DNA of 64,000 nt from NCBI GenBank assembly GCA_033723415.1, contig JAWVXD010000001.1, positions 160,001 to 224,000 of the forward strand. Reading direction: 5' to 3'. The translations under genes were made by a program, and so were the position numbers. Of this stretch, positions 47,648-58,312 are shown piece after piece. Numbering within the stretch: the stretch's first letter is position 1; every line of letters begins with the position of its first letter. The notes below the pieces were generated by a model. The model searched no databases. It saw only the letters and a program-made list of their open reading frames with translations, and was not told the DNA's origin. The stretch comes from Sulfurospirillaceae bacterium. GTDB taxonomy: Bacteria > Campylobacterota > Campylobacteria > Campylobacterales > Sulfurospirillaceae.

Positions 47648-49537
47648 ATGGGAAAAGTTATAGGAATAGATTTAGGAACAACAAATTCATGTGTTGCAGT
47701 TTTTGAACATGGAGATAGTAAAGTTATACCAAATAAAGAAGGAAAAAATACTACACCTTCAATAGTGGCATTTACTAGTAAAGATGAAGTTTTAGTTGGA
47801 GATACTGCTAAAAGACAGGCCGTGACAAATCCAAAAAGAACGATTTATTCAATCAAAAGAATTATGGGCTTGATGTGTGACGAAGATAAAGCACAAGAAG
47901 CCAAAAAAAGACTACCGTATGAAATTGTTGACAGAAACGGTGCATGTGCTATAGAAGTAGATGGTAAAGTGTATACTCCACAAGAGATAAGTGCCAAGGT
48001 TTTGATGAAGTTAAAAGAGGATGCTGAGGCGTATTTTGGAGAAGAAGTGACAGATGCGGTTATAACGGTGCCGGCATATTTTAATGATTCACAAAGAAAA
48101 GCTACACAAGAAGCCGGAACAATTGCTGGATTAAATGTTCTTAGAATTATAAATGAGCCTACTAGTGCGGCTTTGTCATATGGTTTAGAGAAAAAAGAAG
48201 CAGAAAAAATCGTAGTTTATGATCTTGGTGGTGGTACATTTGACGTAACTGTTCTAGAAACCGGTGATAGTGTCGTAGAAGTTTTATCAACTGGCGGAGA
48301 CGCATTTTTGGGTGGAGATGATTTTGATAACAAATTGATTGACTTTCTTGCAAATGAGTTTAAAAATGAGAATGGCATAGATCTTAAAAACGACGTTATG
48401 GCATTACAAAGATTAAAAGAAGCAGCGGAAAATGCGAAAAAAGAGTTGTCAAGCTCTACTGAGACAGAAGTAAACCTACCTTTTATTACTGCAGATGCTT
48501 CAGGACCAAAGCACTTGGTAAAGAAAGTTACAAGAGCAAAATTTGAGTCTATGATAGAAGATTTAGTGGATGAAACAATCACAAAAATCAAAGAAGTTGT
48601 AAAAGACTCAGGCTTAGATAAGAATGAAATCAAGGAAATCGTATTGGTAGGTGGAAGTACTAGAGTTCCTCTTGTACAAGAAAAAGTAAAAGCATTTTTC
48701 GGTAAAGATTTAAATAAATCTGTAAATCCTGATGAAGTAGTTGCAATTGGTGCTGCTATTCAAGGTGCCGTAATTAGAGGAGATGTAAAAGATGTTCTTT
48801 TACTTGATGTAACCCCATTAAGCCTAGGGATTGAAACATTGGGTGGAGTTATGACAAAGCTTATAGAAAAAGGAACAACAATTCCTGTTAAAAAAGCTCA
48901 AGTATTTTCAACAGCTGAAGATAACCAATCTGCTGTTACAATTCATGCTTTACAAGGAGAGAGAGAATTTGCAAAAGATAACAAATCTTTGGGTCAATTT
49001 AACCTAGAACACATTTCTCCAGCACCTAGAGGCGTACCTCAGATTGAAGTTTCATTTGATATAGATGCAAACGGTATCTTGACTGTAAGTGCAACTGACA
49101 AAGCTACAGGAAAAGCACAAGAGATTAAGATTACAGGAAGCAGCGGACTGGATGAAAAAGAGATAGACAAAATGGTAAAAGATGCAGAACTTCATAAAGA
49201 AGAAGATGCAAAAAGAAAATCAGCAGTTGAAGCAAGAAATCAAGCAGATGCGCTAGCTCATCAAACTGAGAAATCTTTAGGTGAGATGGGTGATTCAGTT
49301 GATGCCGCTGAAAAAGCAAAAATAGAATCTGCTTTAAAAGAACTAAAAGATGTTTTAGCTAATGATTCTGCTACTAAAGAACAAATTGACGAAAAAGTAA
49401 AAGCTTTGACGGAAGTCAGTCACAAATTAGCAGAAGCTATGTACAAGAAAGATGAAGCGTCAAAAGCCGGTGGTGAAAAAGAAGCTGGAAAAAAAGATAA
49501 AAATGATGAAGATGTAATTGACGCAGAAGTCGAATAA
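47648..49537 (+). CDS. dnaK: Chaperone DnaK
   Basis: [32 protein letters not shown] 47648. Confidence 0.99.
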   Translation: MGKVIGIDLGTTNSCVAVFEHGDSKVIPNKEGKNTTPSIVAFTSKDEVLVGDTAKRQAVTNPKRTIYSIKRIMGLMCDEDKAQEAKKRLPYEIVDRNGACAIEVDGKVYTPQEISAKVLMKLKEDAEAYFGEEVTDAVITVPAYFNDSQRKATQEAGTIAGLNVLRIINEPTSAALSYGLEKKEAEKIVVYDLGGGTFDVTVLETGDSVVEVLSTGGDAFLGGDDFDNKLIDFLANEFKNENGIDLKNDVMALQRLKEAAENAKKELSSSTETEVNLPFITADASGPKHLVKKVTRAKFESMIEDLVDETITKIKEVVKDSGLDKNEIKEIVLVGGSTRVPLVQEKVKAFFGKDLNKSVNPDEVVAIGAAIQGAVIRGDVKDVLLLDVTPLSLGIETLGGVMTKLIEKGTTIPVKKAQVFSTAEDNQSAVTIHALQGEREFAKDNKSLGQFNLEHISPAPRGVPQIEVSFDIDANGILTVSATDKATGKAQEIKITGSSGLDEKEIDKMVKDAELHKEEDAKRKSAVEARNQADALAHQTEKSLGEMGDSVDAAEKAKIESALKELKDVLANDSATKEQIDEKVKALTEVSHKLAEAMYKKDEASKAGGEKEAGKKDKNDEDVIDAEVE

Positions 49538-49540
49538 AAT

Positions 49541-49571
49541 ATTTGAGCTGGTCTAATGGCCAGCTCAAAAA
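49541..49571 (+). terminator. Stem-loop after dnaK
   Basis: TTTGAGCTGG...CCAGCTCAAA 10-bp inverted repeat. Confidence 0.65.
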
Positions 49572-49588
49572 ACTTAGGATAAAAAATA

Positions 49589-50068
49589 ATGGATAATGTT
49601 TCTTTTGAAAAAAATAAACTTACTATGTCAATCTTGATGATGCCTGATAAGGCAAATTTCTCAGGCAATGTACATGGCGGAGATTTATTAAAATATTTAG
49701 ACCAAGTTGCTTATGCATGCGCTGCTAGATATTGTGGAGAACGAATTGTAACACTGAGCGTAGATAGTGTTGTCTTTAAGCATCCAATACCTGTCGGGAC
49801 GCTAGTTACATTTTTGGCAAGCGTGAATTATACCGGTAGAACATCTATGGAAGTAGGTATAAAAGTAGTGGCTGAAGATATTCAGCAAGGAATTGTTACA
49901 GATACAAATAGTTGTTTTTTCACTATGGTTGCTGTTGATAAAAACGGCAGACCTACTCCTGTGCCAATGCTTGTTCCAAAGACTGATATAGAAAAAAGAC
50001 GATTTCATGATGGTGAAATACGAAGAAGAATACGATTAAATGGGTTTAGCGACATAAAATCAAATTAA
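49589..50068 (+). CDS. Acyl-CoA thioesterase (hotdog fold, YciA-like)
   Basis: ANFSGNVHGGDLLKYLD, GRTSMEV. Confidence 0.92.
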   Translation: MDNVSFEKNKLTMSILMMPDKANFSGNVHGGDLLKYLDQVAYACAARYCGERIVTLSVDSVVFKHPIPVGTLVTFLASVNYTGRTSMEVGIKVVAEDIQQGIVTDTNSCFFTMVAVDKNGRPTPVPMLVPKTDIEKRRFHDGEIRRRIRLNGFSDIKSN

Positions 50069-50131
50069 GTGTTTATGTAATATTTATATTATTTTGTTAA
50101 AATATCGGAATTTATTCTTAAGGCAAAATAT

Positions 50132-51922
50132 ATGAAATATTTTTCAAGGTTACTTTTAATTTTCCTAATATCTGTAGTGTCTTTATCGGCTATTACTCAA
50201 AGGAAAATACTTTCTCCTGATGAAGCTTTTATCGTCACAGCTCATCGCAATGCAGATAATATTTTAGTAAATTTAAAATTAGGTGAAGATATTTACATTT
50301 ATGCCGATAAACTGAAATTTGATATCACTAAACCTCTAAATGTGTCCATTGACAAAGAGCTTACCAAACCAAAACCTATAAAGCATCAAGAATTTTTAGT
50401 TTTTGAAAAAAATGTCAATATAAATATACCACTTTCAGTAATCAAAAAACATGTTAGTTCAGGAAATTTTACGCTTCAGGTATCTTATCAGGGTTGCTCA
50501 TCACAAGGTGTTTGCTATCAACCTCTTAGTAAAACTTTTTCATTTAATCTAGCTAGCGGAAATACAAATATAAAAAAACAAGATACAACTCAAAGTAGCA
50601 CTGCAAAGGCAAATATTTCAGAAGAGGGTAAGATAGCGCAAAGCTTTTCTAAGAAGAGTATATGGCTTGTTCTAATAACTTTCTTTGGTTTTGGTCTTTT
50701 GCTCTCGCTCACTCCCTGTGTTTTTCCAATGATACCGATATTGTCTTCTGTAATTGTTTCTCAATCCTCGAAAAGCATGAACACCAAAAAAGCATTTTTC
50801 CTTTCTTTGATATATGTTTTGGCTATGTCTGTTGCATATACTATTGCAGGAATACTTGCTGGATTGTTTGGAGCCAATATACAAGTAGCTCTTCAAAATC
50901 CATGGGTAATATCAATTTTTAGTTTGATCTTTGTGCTTCTGTCTTTTTCTATGTTTGGTTTTTATGAACTGCAAATGCCAAGTTTTATTCAATCAAAACT
51001 ATCAAAAAACAGTGAAAACTCTAGTAAAGGCGGGTTGATAGGTGTTGCAATTATGGGATTTTTATCTGCTCTCATCGTAGGACCTTGTGTTGCCGCACCA
51101 CTTGCCGGAGCTCTTGTTTATATAGGGCAAAGTGGAGATGCCTTGCTCGGCGGTCTAGCGTTGTTTGTTATGAGTTTAGGCATGGGAGTTCCTCTCCTGA
51201 TCGTAGGTGCCGGAGCAGGTAGATTTATGCCTCGCCCGGGTATCTGGATGGATACAATAAAATCAATCTTTGGCGTATTGATGTTGGGTGTTGCTATTTG
51301 GATGATCTCTCGTATTGTCCCTCCGGTATTTACTATGCTTTTATGGATGCTGTTGTTGCTTATATCTTCTGTATATATGGGAGCTTTAGAACCTTTAAAA
51401 GAAAATTGCAGTGGTTGGAAAAAGCTTTTCAAGGGATTAGGTATAGTATTATTTATATATTCTGTAATGTTATTTGTAGGTGCAATGAAAGGATCAGTAA
51501 ATCCACTGGAACCATTATATCAATCAAGTGCTATCATACAACAATCAAACAGTAATACTTCTGCTGAGTCAGCATTTAAAAGGATTAAAACCTTAGATGA
51601 ATTAAATACTGAAATAAAAAACTCCAAGAAACCTGTTTTTATAGATTTTTATGCTGATTGGTGTGTAAGTTGCAAGGAATTTCAGCAATATACGTTTAGT
51701 AATGAAGCAGTAAAAGAAAAAATGAAAAAATTTAACCTAGTTCAGATCGATGTAACAAAAAATACTGCTGATGACAAGGAGATTTTAAGAAGATTTAATA
51801 TTTTTGGACCTCCTGCAATAGTGTTTTTCAAAGACAACAAAGAACTAAAGTCTTATAAAGTTGTCGGCTTTAAAGATGCAAAATATTTTGCTACACATTT
51901 GGATAGAGTTTTAAGTGAATGA
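50132..51922 (+). CDS. dsbD: Protein-disulfide reductase DsbD
   Basis: YQGC...CY, LTPCVFPMIP, GPCVAAP, thioredoxin WCVSC. Confidence 0.96.
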   Translation: MKYFSRLLLIFLISVVSLSAITQRKILSPDEAFIVTAHRNADNILVNLKLGEDIYIYADKLKFDITKPLNVSIDKELTKPKPIKHQEFLVFEKNVNINIPLSVIKKHVSSGNFTLQVSYQGCSSQGVCYQPLSKTFSFNLASGNTNIKKQDTTQSSTAKANISEEGKIAQSFSKKSIWLVLITFFGFGLLLSLTPCVFPMIPILSSVIVSQSSKSMNTKKAFFLSLIYVLAMSVAYTIAGILAGLFGANIQVALQNPWVISIFSLIFVLLSFSMFGFYELQMPSFIQSKLSKNSENSSKGGLIGVAIMGFLSALIVGPCVAAPLAGALVYIGQSGDALLGGLALFVMSLGMGVPLLIVGAGAGRFMPRPGIWMDTIKSIFGVLMLGVAIWMISRIVPPVFTMLLWMLLLLISSVYMGALEPLKENCSGWKKLFKGLGIVLFIYSVMLFVGAMKGSVNPLEPLYQSSAIIQQSNSNTSAESAFKRIKTLDELNTEIKNSKKPVFIDFYADWCVSCKEFQQYTFSNEAVKEKMKKFNLVQIDVTKNTADDKEILRRFNIFGPPAIVFFKDNKELKSYKVVGFKDAKYFATHLDRVLSE

Positions 51923-52209
51923 AAGTAGCATTAGTCGTTGATGTAGAAAATCTAAAAGACAAAGAAGTATTTGAAAAACATCTTTTTAAAGAAGGTTTTT
52001 TCCCTGTCGAAAATGAAAGTTTTGCATATATAGGAGAAGCTACATCTCATATATTTAATACAAGAACATATATACTTGAAGTCGTATCAAAAGGCTTAGA
52101 AAATACACCATTTGATAGATGTAAAATAATTTTCGAAATTGGTGATAATCCAATGGAGATATATATTTTTGATAAAAAGATAAAAGAGTTCATAGAGTTC
52201 AAATCTTAA
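51919..52209 (+). CDS. Hypothetical protein coupled to dsbD
   Basis: 96-aa ORF with ATGA overlap. Confidence 0.7.
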   Translation: MKVALVVDVENLKDKEVFEKHLFKEGFFPVENESFAYIGEATSHIFNTRTYILEVVSKGLENTPFDRCKIIFEIGDNPMEIYIFDKKIKEFIEFKS

Positions 52210-52210
52210 A

Positions 52211-52227
52211 TGGAACTTTTTTTGCTT
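52211..52227 (+). promoter_or_regulatory. sigma54 (-24/-12) promoter of flgH
   Basis: TGGAAC-N-TTTGCTT with GG at 52212-52213 and GC at 52224-52225 (canonical 12-nt spacing). Confidence 0.8.
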
Positions 52228-52270
52228 CTATAGAGTTTTAACACACAATAATTTATATATAAGGTAAAAG

Positions 52271-52981
52271 ATGAGACAAATTTTAGTAACTTCCTTTGTT
52301 AGCCTTTTGTTTATCGGATGCACAACTCATCAAGCTGATCCAAAAATCACTATGCAAGCACCAACATACGTAGATCAAACACCATCAAGAGTCAGTGATG
52401 CACCTCAATCAAATGAAGGTAGCCTTTTTGGGCAAGGAGATAATCCACTTTTCTCTGATTTAAAAGCCATGCATGTAAATGATATCGTAACAGTTACTAT
52501 AAGTGAAAATATAGCTCAAAGCTCACAAGCCAAAAAATCACTGTCTAAAAATTCCCAAGATTCACTAGGAGGCGGTGTTGTTACAAACGGAAGCTCGAAT
52601 GGAGCTTTAAAAAGTGTTACAAATGCGATAAATAGTGTATCAAATATAGGTTTTCAATCCGGTTCTACAGATTCATTCACAGGTTCAGGGAGTAACACCA
52701 GAGATGAGAAATTTGCTACAACTATTTCGGCTAGAATAATAAAGATATTAAATAACGGAAATTATTTTATCGAAGGTAGTAGAGAACTCTTGCTTAATGG
52801 AGAAAAGCAGATTATTCAAATTAGTGGGGTTATCAGGCCTTATGACATAGATCAAACAAATACAATTGACTCCAAGTATATTGCTGATGCAAAAATTTTA
52901 TATAAAACACAAGGCGATATGGATAAGAGTACTTCAAAACCTTGGGGAACAAAGTTGATAGAATCTGTTTGGCCGTTTTAA
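52271..52981 (+). CDS. flgH: Flagellar L-ring lipoprotein
   Basis: Lipobox FIGC, LFSDLKAMHVNDIVTV, GVIRPYDI, C-terminal WPF. Confidence 0.96.
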   Translation: MRQILVTSFVSLLFIGCTTHQADPKITMQAPTYVDQTPSRVSDAPQSNEGSLFGQGDNPLFSDLKAMHVNDIVTVTISENIAQSSQAKKSLSKNSQDSLGGGVVTNGSSNGALKSVTNAINSVSNIGFQSGSTDSFTGSGSNTRDEKFATTISARIIKILNNGNYFIEGSRELLLNGEKQIIQISGVIRPYDIDQTNTIDSKYIADAKILYKTQGDMDKSTSKPWGTKLIESVWPF

Positions 52982-52991
52982 CAGCCAAACA
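52966..52991. terminator. Hairpin between the convergent flgH and T2SS F genes
   Basis: TGTTTGGC...GCCAAACA overlapping the flgH stop. Confidence 0.45.
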
Positions 52992-53006
52992 ATTTAATTT
53001 TTTAAA

Positions 53007-54248
53007 TCAGTTCTTAACGGCTTTTGCTAGATCCCACATTGGCATAAATATACCAAGGGCCATAAGAAGAACCATAGCAGCTATAAATCCCAATAAAATA
53101 GGTTCAATATAGCTTGATATATTGTCTATAAGTTCATTAAATCTTGATTTGAAATAATTTGTCACTTTATCTAGCATTTTATCTAGAGTTCCACTTCTCT
53201 CTCCTGCATGAATCATTTGAATCAGCATACCTTCGAAAAGTCCGGTTTCTCTAAACGCTTCTGTTAGTGAGATACCTCTTTGTACAGAAGTATTTACTGA
53301 ACTTAGCTTGTGTTTTAAATGCATATTCTCAAGTGTCAATAATGATGTTTCTAAAGCATCGGCAATAGGTATACCTGAGCGTATTAATTCTGTAAAAACT
53401 AGTGTAAATCTTGACATAGTAGCATAAAAGGTGATACTTCCTATAAGATATACTTTCAAAATGTATTTATCAAAATCGTATTTGAATTTTTCATTGTTTG
53501 CAAGCATATATTTTGTAAATATGATGACTACAAAAATAAAACCCAACAGATAAAATCCATAATTATGAATAACATTTTCTAGAAAAAGCAGTATTTTAGT
53601 AGGTAACGGGAGTTCTGTTTTAAACTTAGAAAATATTTCTTTGAATTTTGGCACAACATAAACCATAAGAATTGTAAATGCTATGGCAATTGCAACCATA
53701 ACAGTTATAGGATATCTCATTGCTTTTTTGAATTTTTGTCTATTTTCTTCAATTTCTTCTAGGATTTCAGCCAATTTTTCTAAAGATTCTGCCATATTTC
53801 CTGTATTCTCTCCAAGTTCAATCATGGCAATGGTAACGTCACCAAGTTCTTTTCTATATGGCATCATGGCCTGTGTAAGACTAAGCCCGGAGTTTAGATC
53901 ATCATTTAATTCTGAGAATATAGATTTCAATGATTTGTCAACACTGGCTTCGGTTACTTCTTTTATGCTGTCATGTATGGAAATGCCTGCATCTGTCATA
54001 ACTGCCAGTTGTCTAATCGCAGCTATCAATGATTTTGCATTGATCTTCTTTTTTATAACAGATTTAAAAAATTTTTCTTTAAACTCTGCAAATTGGTCTT
54101 CTATAGGGGCTGAAGTCACTTGAATATTTAGCAAGATGCCTGGAATTTTAGTTTTGGCTATAGTTATAGCATCTTTTTTATTTGGCGCTTTGATAGTCTT
54201 TATCTCTTTTTTACCTTTAAATAATGAGGTTACTTCATAATAATTCAT
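53007..54248 (-). CDS. ctsF: Type II secretion/T4P inner-membrane platform protein (GspF/PilC; CtsF-like)
   Basis: RQLAVMTDAG, GENTGN, AMRYP, GERSGTLD, IEP. Confidence 0.88.
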   Translation of the reverse strand: MNYYEVTSLFKGKKEIKTIKAPNKKDAITIAKTKIPGILLNIQVTSAPIEDQFAEFKEKFFKSVIKKKINAKSLIAAIRQLAVMTDAGISIHDSIKEVTEASVDKSLKSIFSELNDDLNSGLSLTQAMMPYRKELGDVTIAMIELGENTGNMAESLEKLAEILEEIEENRQKFKKAMRYPITVMVAIAIAFTILMVYVVPKFKEIFSKFKTELPLPTKILLFLENVIHNYGFYLLGFIFVVIIFTKYMLANNEKFKYDFDKYILKVYLIGSITFYATMSRFTLVFTELIRSGIPIADALETSLLTLENMHLKHKLSSVNTSVQRGISLTEAFRETGLFEGMLIQMIHAGERSGTLDKMLDKVTNYFKSRFNELIDNISSYIEPILLGFIAAMVLLMALGIFMPMWDLAKAVKN

Positions 54249-55993
54249 CCTTTTGCCACCCTTACAACTTCATCGAGAGTTGTCACACCGCTTGCAGCTC
54301 TTAGTATGCCATCTCTGTACATATTGATAAAACCTTCATCTAATGCTTGTTTCTTTATATCTTCTTTGCTTCTCCCTTGTGCAATCATACTAGATACTGT
54401 TTCGCTAACAACAAGTATTTCTGAAAGCATTTCTCTTCCCATATAACCTGTTTGCGAGCATTTTTCGCAACCGTTGTGCTTATAAAACTGATACTCTTTA
54501 GGCAAAAATTCATTTATTTCATCATGAGCAGTTTTGGGTAATGTAATTTTTGTTTTACAATAAGGACAAAGTTTTCTGACTAGTCTTTGAGCTTCTATGG
54601 CAACAAGTGAACCGCTAAGAAGATATGGCTCTATTCCCATATCCATAACTCTTGTTACGGCACTTATCGCATCGTTTGTATGCAGGGTTGAGAAAACAAG
54701 ATGTCCTGTAAGTGCAGCTTGCACAGCTATTCTCAATGTCTCTTGGTCTCTTACCTCTCCAATCATTATAATATCCGGATCTTGTCGAAGGATTGATCTC
54801 AAAGCGCCGGCAAAATTTAGATGTGCCTTTTCGTTGACTTGAACTTGCTGTATAAGATTGAGTTGATACTCAACAGGGTCCTCAACCGTGATTATTTTAG
54901 TTTCAACACTTTTTATAGCATTTAAGGCAGCATATAAAGTAGTGGTTTTCCCGCTTCCGGTAGGGCCTGTTACAAAAATTATGCCATATGGAGCTCTCAT
55001 AGAAGAGTTGAATTTATCAAAGTTGTCTTTATGCATACCTAATTCTTCAAGTCTTATCATGACCTTTGATTTGTCCAAAATACGCATAACTATTGATTCA
55101 CCGTTTAATATCGGCAAGGCAGATATCCTAAAGTCAAATTCTCTGCTAAGTATTGTTGCTGAAAATCTTCCATCTTGCGGTTTTCTTTTTTCAGCTATGT
55201 CCATATTTGAAAGAAGCTTTAGTCTAGAGGCTAGAGGAGGGTATATGTCTTTATCAAATATGAAAGTTTCGGTTAAGATACCATCTATCCTACTTCTGAC
55301 GACACAATTATTGACGGTTGGTTCCACATGAATATCACTTGCTCTTGATAAGATAGAAGTTTTCAAAATAACTTCTATGAGCTTCATGATGCCGGACAAT
55401 TCTTGAGGATTGTCGCTTGCACTTGAAGAGATTTCTTTTCTAATATCCGATATTAGATCTTTTATACTGTCGCCAAGTTCAATTTTATTTAGATATTTTT
55501 CAATCAAAGATGGCTCGCTGATTACAGTTTTGACAAGTTTTCTTGGGAATATTCTTTGAATTCCCTCTTGTGCATTAATATCAATCGGATCCTTAAATGC
55601 AACATATATATTTATTTCATCTTCTTTTATAGGAAGCGCTTGAAATTTTCTTAACTGAGCAAAAGGTAGTTTATTTACCATTCTATGGTTAATATCTATA
55701 GAATCTAAATCAATATATGTTGCGTTTAAGTTCTTCGCCAAAGCTTGTAGAAATTCTTCTATTTGAACAGCAAAATATTTGTTGATGTCCTCAAGTTCTA
55801 TATTGCCTTTTTTATAAAATTCAATGATCAACGTTATTAGATCTTGTTTCTCAAAAAGATTTCTATCTATAAGTATTTCAAATATATTTTTATTTTTTTC
55901 TTCAGATTCTTTTTTGATTATTTCCGCAGTATTATCATCAATAATTCTATTACCGATTAGATAATCTGCAAAGTTATTTAGTATGTCTTCCAT
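54245..55993 (-). CDS. ctsE: GspE/PilB family assembly ATPase (CtsE-like)
   Basis: ASDIHVEP, GPTGSGKTTT, TVEDPVE, LRQDPDIIMIGEVRD, GHLVFSTLH, CxxC pairs. Confidence 0.92.
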   Translation of the reverse strand: MEDILNNFADYLIGNRIIDDNTAEIIKKESEEKNKNIFEILIDRNLFEKQDLITLIIEFYKKGNIELEDINKYFAVQIEEFLQALAKNLNATYIDLDSIDINHRMVNKLPFAQLRKFQALPIKEDEINIYVAFKDPIDINAQEGIQRIFPRKLVKTVISEPSLIEKYLNKIELGDSIKDLISDIRKEISSSASDNPQELSGIMKLIEVILKTSILSRASDIHVEPTVNNCVVRSRIDGILTETFIFDKDIYPPLASRLKLLSNMDIAEKRKPQDGRFSATILSREFDFRISALPILNGESIVMRILDKSKVMIRLEELGMHKDNFDKFNSSMRAPYGIIFVTGPTGSGKTTTLYAALNAIKSVETKIITVEDPVEYQLNLIQQVQVNEKAHLNFAGALRSILRQDPDIIMIGEVRDQETLRIAVQAALTGHLVFSTLHTNDAISAVTRVMDMGIEPYLLSGSLVAIEAQRLVRKLCPYCKTKITLPKTAHDEINEFLPKEYQFYKHNGCEKCSQTGYMGREMLSEILVVSETVSSMIAQGRSKEDIKKQALDEGFINMYRDGILRAASGVTTLDEVVRVAKG

Positions 55994-55997
55994 ATTA

Positions 55998-56549
55998 TTA
56001 CCAATATACTCTAGTTTTAATTACGGTATCGTTTTTTAAAGTTCTAAGATATATTTTTTTAACACCGTTTTTTTCTTCTACAGATAGCTTGTATTTTAGA
56101 TTTTTATCTTTATCATCATTGAACCAGTATGAATTTTCTTTTTGCGTATATTTACCCTTTACATATTTATCAAATATTATTGAAAGGATATAATTTGTTT
56201 TTGGAAGATTTACGTATGAAATATCAACATGATCAATAAGAGCATAATAAAGTAACTTTTTTTCATAGAGAACAGTTGCAAAATAAGCAGCATTTTCTCT
56301 ATTTTCTTTTGTTTTATATAACTTTATTATAGGGACCATCATTTTATTTATCATATCTGAATTCAAACAAGAAACTGCAAATATATTTAAAAAACTATCG
56401 TCATGTTTGTATTTTGTATATAAAACAACTGATTTTGAGCAAACTTGAGCGTATTGTTTGTTTAAAAATTGAGTTTTTAAATCATTTAGATCATCAGCAG
56501 AAAGAAATGTCGACAATAATAGAATAATTAATAAAATATTTTTAGTCAT
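55998..56549 (-). CDS. Exported hypothetical protein in the cts cluster
   Basis: Signal peptide MTKNILLIILLLSTFLSA; two Cys. Confidence 0.75.
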   Translation of the reverse strand: MTKNILLIILLLSTFLSADDLNDLKTQFLNKQYAQVCSKSVVLYTKYKHDDSFLNIFAVSCLNSDMINKMMVPIIKLYKTKENRENAAYFATVLYEKKLLYYALIDHVDISYVNLPKTNYILSIIFDKYVKGKYTQKENSYWFNDDKDKNLKYKLSVEEKNGVKKIYLRTLKNDTVIKTRVYW

Positions 56550-57507
56550 ACAATTCTCCATTTATAATATCATGCAAAAGAGATCTAATGCTATCAGAAT
56601 TATTCGTATTTAAATATGCCTTTAAAGCTTTGATAGCATCATCTTTATGATTTAATCTATATTTTGATTTTGCAAACCAAATCCAGCTTCTCTCATTTGT
56701 GTTATCAATGTCATTTGCAATTATTGACCACTTCAGAGAATCAATAAAATCTTTTTTTTGATAATATTCTTTGCAAAGCATTAATGCAAATATGATACTG
56801 TGATTTTCATTAAATTTGTCTTTTAGGTATTTGATAGCATCTATCTTTTTCATTTCTATTTTAATACCATCACTGTGATTAGCATCAGGTGCATCAGTTT
56901 GAGCTATTTTATTTGTGCTTTGCATAGTGATATTTTCTTTAGCTTTCTTTGTTGATTCTTTAACTTTTTTTTCTTCTACCTTTTTTTCTTTTTTGATTTT
57001 GATCTCCGGTATTTTGAGGATCAAACTGCTGCTAGGAAGTTCTTTTACTTTAGGATTTGATGAACTTTCTAAATGAAAAGATTTGGTTTCATTCTTTGCT
57101 AAAGTCGTATTGTTTTCAACCTGCTGTGTAGTATTTACAGGTATAGCAAGACTTAATTTTTTCTTCTCCTCTTGTCTTATCTTTGGAACAGTTGTGGCAT
57201 TTGCGCTATTTGATACTTTTGGCATGATTGCAACAGCTATATGCTTAGAACTATTCGTTTCATTTTTCTCTTCTTTCGCACTAACAACCATTTTTATCTG
57301 TGGTTCAGGAGATTTAGAGATATTGGATATATTATTGATTTTTGATTGCATGAGTGAGAGTATACTTTTTTTCTCCCAAAAAAAATAAAACACCAAGGAT
57401 ATAATTATCAGAGAAGAAAATAATATAAAAGAAAATTTAACTATTTTTTTCTTCATATATGTAGAATATTTTTTTTCTAATTCTGCTATGTCGCCGGGAC
57501 TATACAT
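56542..57507 (-). CDS. CtsX-like bitopic protein with C-terminal TPR-like domain
   Basis: One TM, Lys/Ser-rich linker, SLKWSIIAN...WIWFAKSKY TPR-like segment; lies between the ATPase and ctsE. Confidence 0.7.
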   Translation of the reverse strand: MYSPGDIAELEKKYSTYMKKKIVKFSFILFSSLIIISLVFYFFWEKKSILSLMQSKINNISNISKSPEPQIKMVVSAKEEKNETNSSKHIAVAIMPKVSNSANATTVPKIRQEEKKKLSLAIPVNTTQQVENNTTLAKNETKSFHLESSSNPKVKELPSSSLILKIPEIKIKKEKKVEEKKVKESTKKAKENITMQSTNKIAQTDAPDANHSDGIKIEMKKIDAIKYLKDKFNENHSIIFALMLCKEYYQKKDFIDSLKWSIIANDIDNTNERSWIWFAKSKYRLNHKDDAIKALKAYLNTNNSDSIRSLLHDIINGELYD

Positions 57508-58312
57508 CTATCATTCCTTGAGCTATCCCTGCCATTGTTATATATTTTATCTTGAGGGCTTTTGAACTTATTTTTGATGGACTGTACGTATCGTAATATT
57601 CAAGTATTTCAAAAAGCTTAAAGAGCAATTTATTTATAGTCCTTAAGTTCCCATCAGTTAATTTTGTAATAATCTTAAAATGTTTTTCATTGAATAATCT
57701 CAAAAATTCAAATTTATTGTGAAAGATCAATTTCTTTTCAATGTAAGTCTGAATTTCTTTATAGGAAAGATTTTTAAGTTCAATACTTTCCCATATCCTG
57801 GTTTGAAAATAGTCTTTTGCAAGGACATCTTCTTCATCAGTTTTATGAACTGTAAAAAGAAATTTAAACTTCCTAGAATCAGCCATAAGTCTAATTTTTT
57901 CTATTAATTCATTTGGGTACAGTTGAGACTCGTCAATTAGAACAGTTATAGCATCTTCTTTTGGATCAAGTTTTTCAACAACAGTATTTAAAAATTGGTC
58001 ATATCCACTAAATTCAGGAGAAGTTTCATTAAAAATTTTCTCATATAATGCTTTAATAAATTCTATTTCATTAAAGTATGGTCTTGGGAAAAAAATTATC
58101 TTCTTTTTCTTTTTAAAATCATTATAGATCTTTTGCAGTAAAAAAGTTTTTCCTGTGCCTGGTCTTCCATAAAACAATATCAGTTTTAGTGGTTTGTCTA
58201 TTGCTTGCACAAGTTTTTCATATGCAAAAGTAGATTTATCAAGATTTATATAATCAAATAAACCACCGTCAAGAAATATGTTTTTTAGGTATAAATATTC
58301 ACTTTTACTCAT
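57500..58312 (-). CDS. AAA ATPase (CtsP/MshM/ExeA-like)
   Basis: Walker A GRPGTGKT, Walker B VLIDESQ, GNLRTIN. Confidence 0.85.
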   Translation of the reverse strand: MSKSEYLYLKNIFLDGGLFDYINLDKSTFAYEKLVQAIDKPLKLILFYGRPGTGKTFLLQKIYNDFKKKKKIIFFPRPYFNEIEFIKALYEKIFNETSPEFSGYDQFLNTVVEKLDPKEDAITVLIDESQLYPNELIEKIRLMADSRKFKFLFTVHKTDEEDVLAKDYFQTRIWESIELKNLSYKEIQTYIEKKLIFHNKFEFLRLFNEKHFKIITKLTDGNLRTINKLLFKLFEILEYYDTYSPSKISSKALKIKYITMAGIAQGMIDV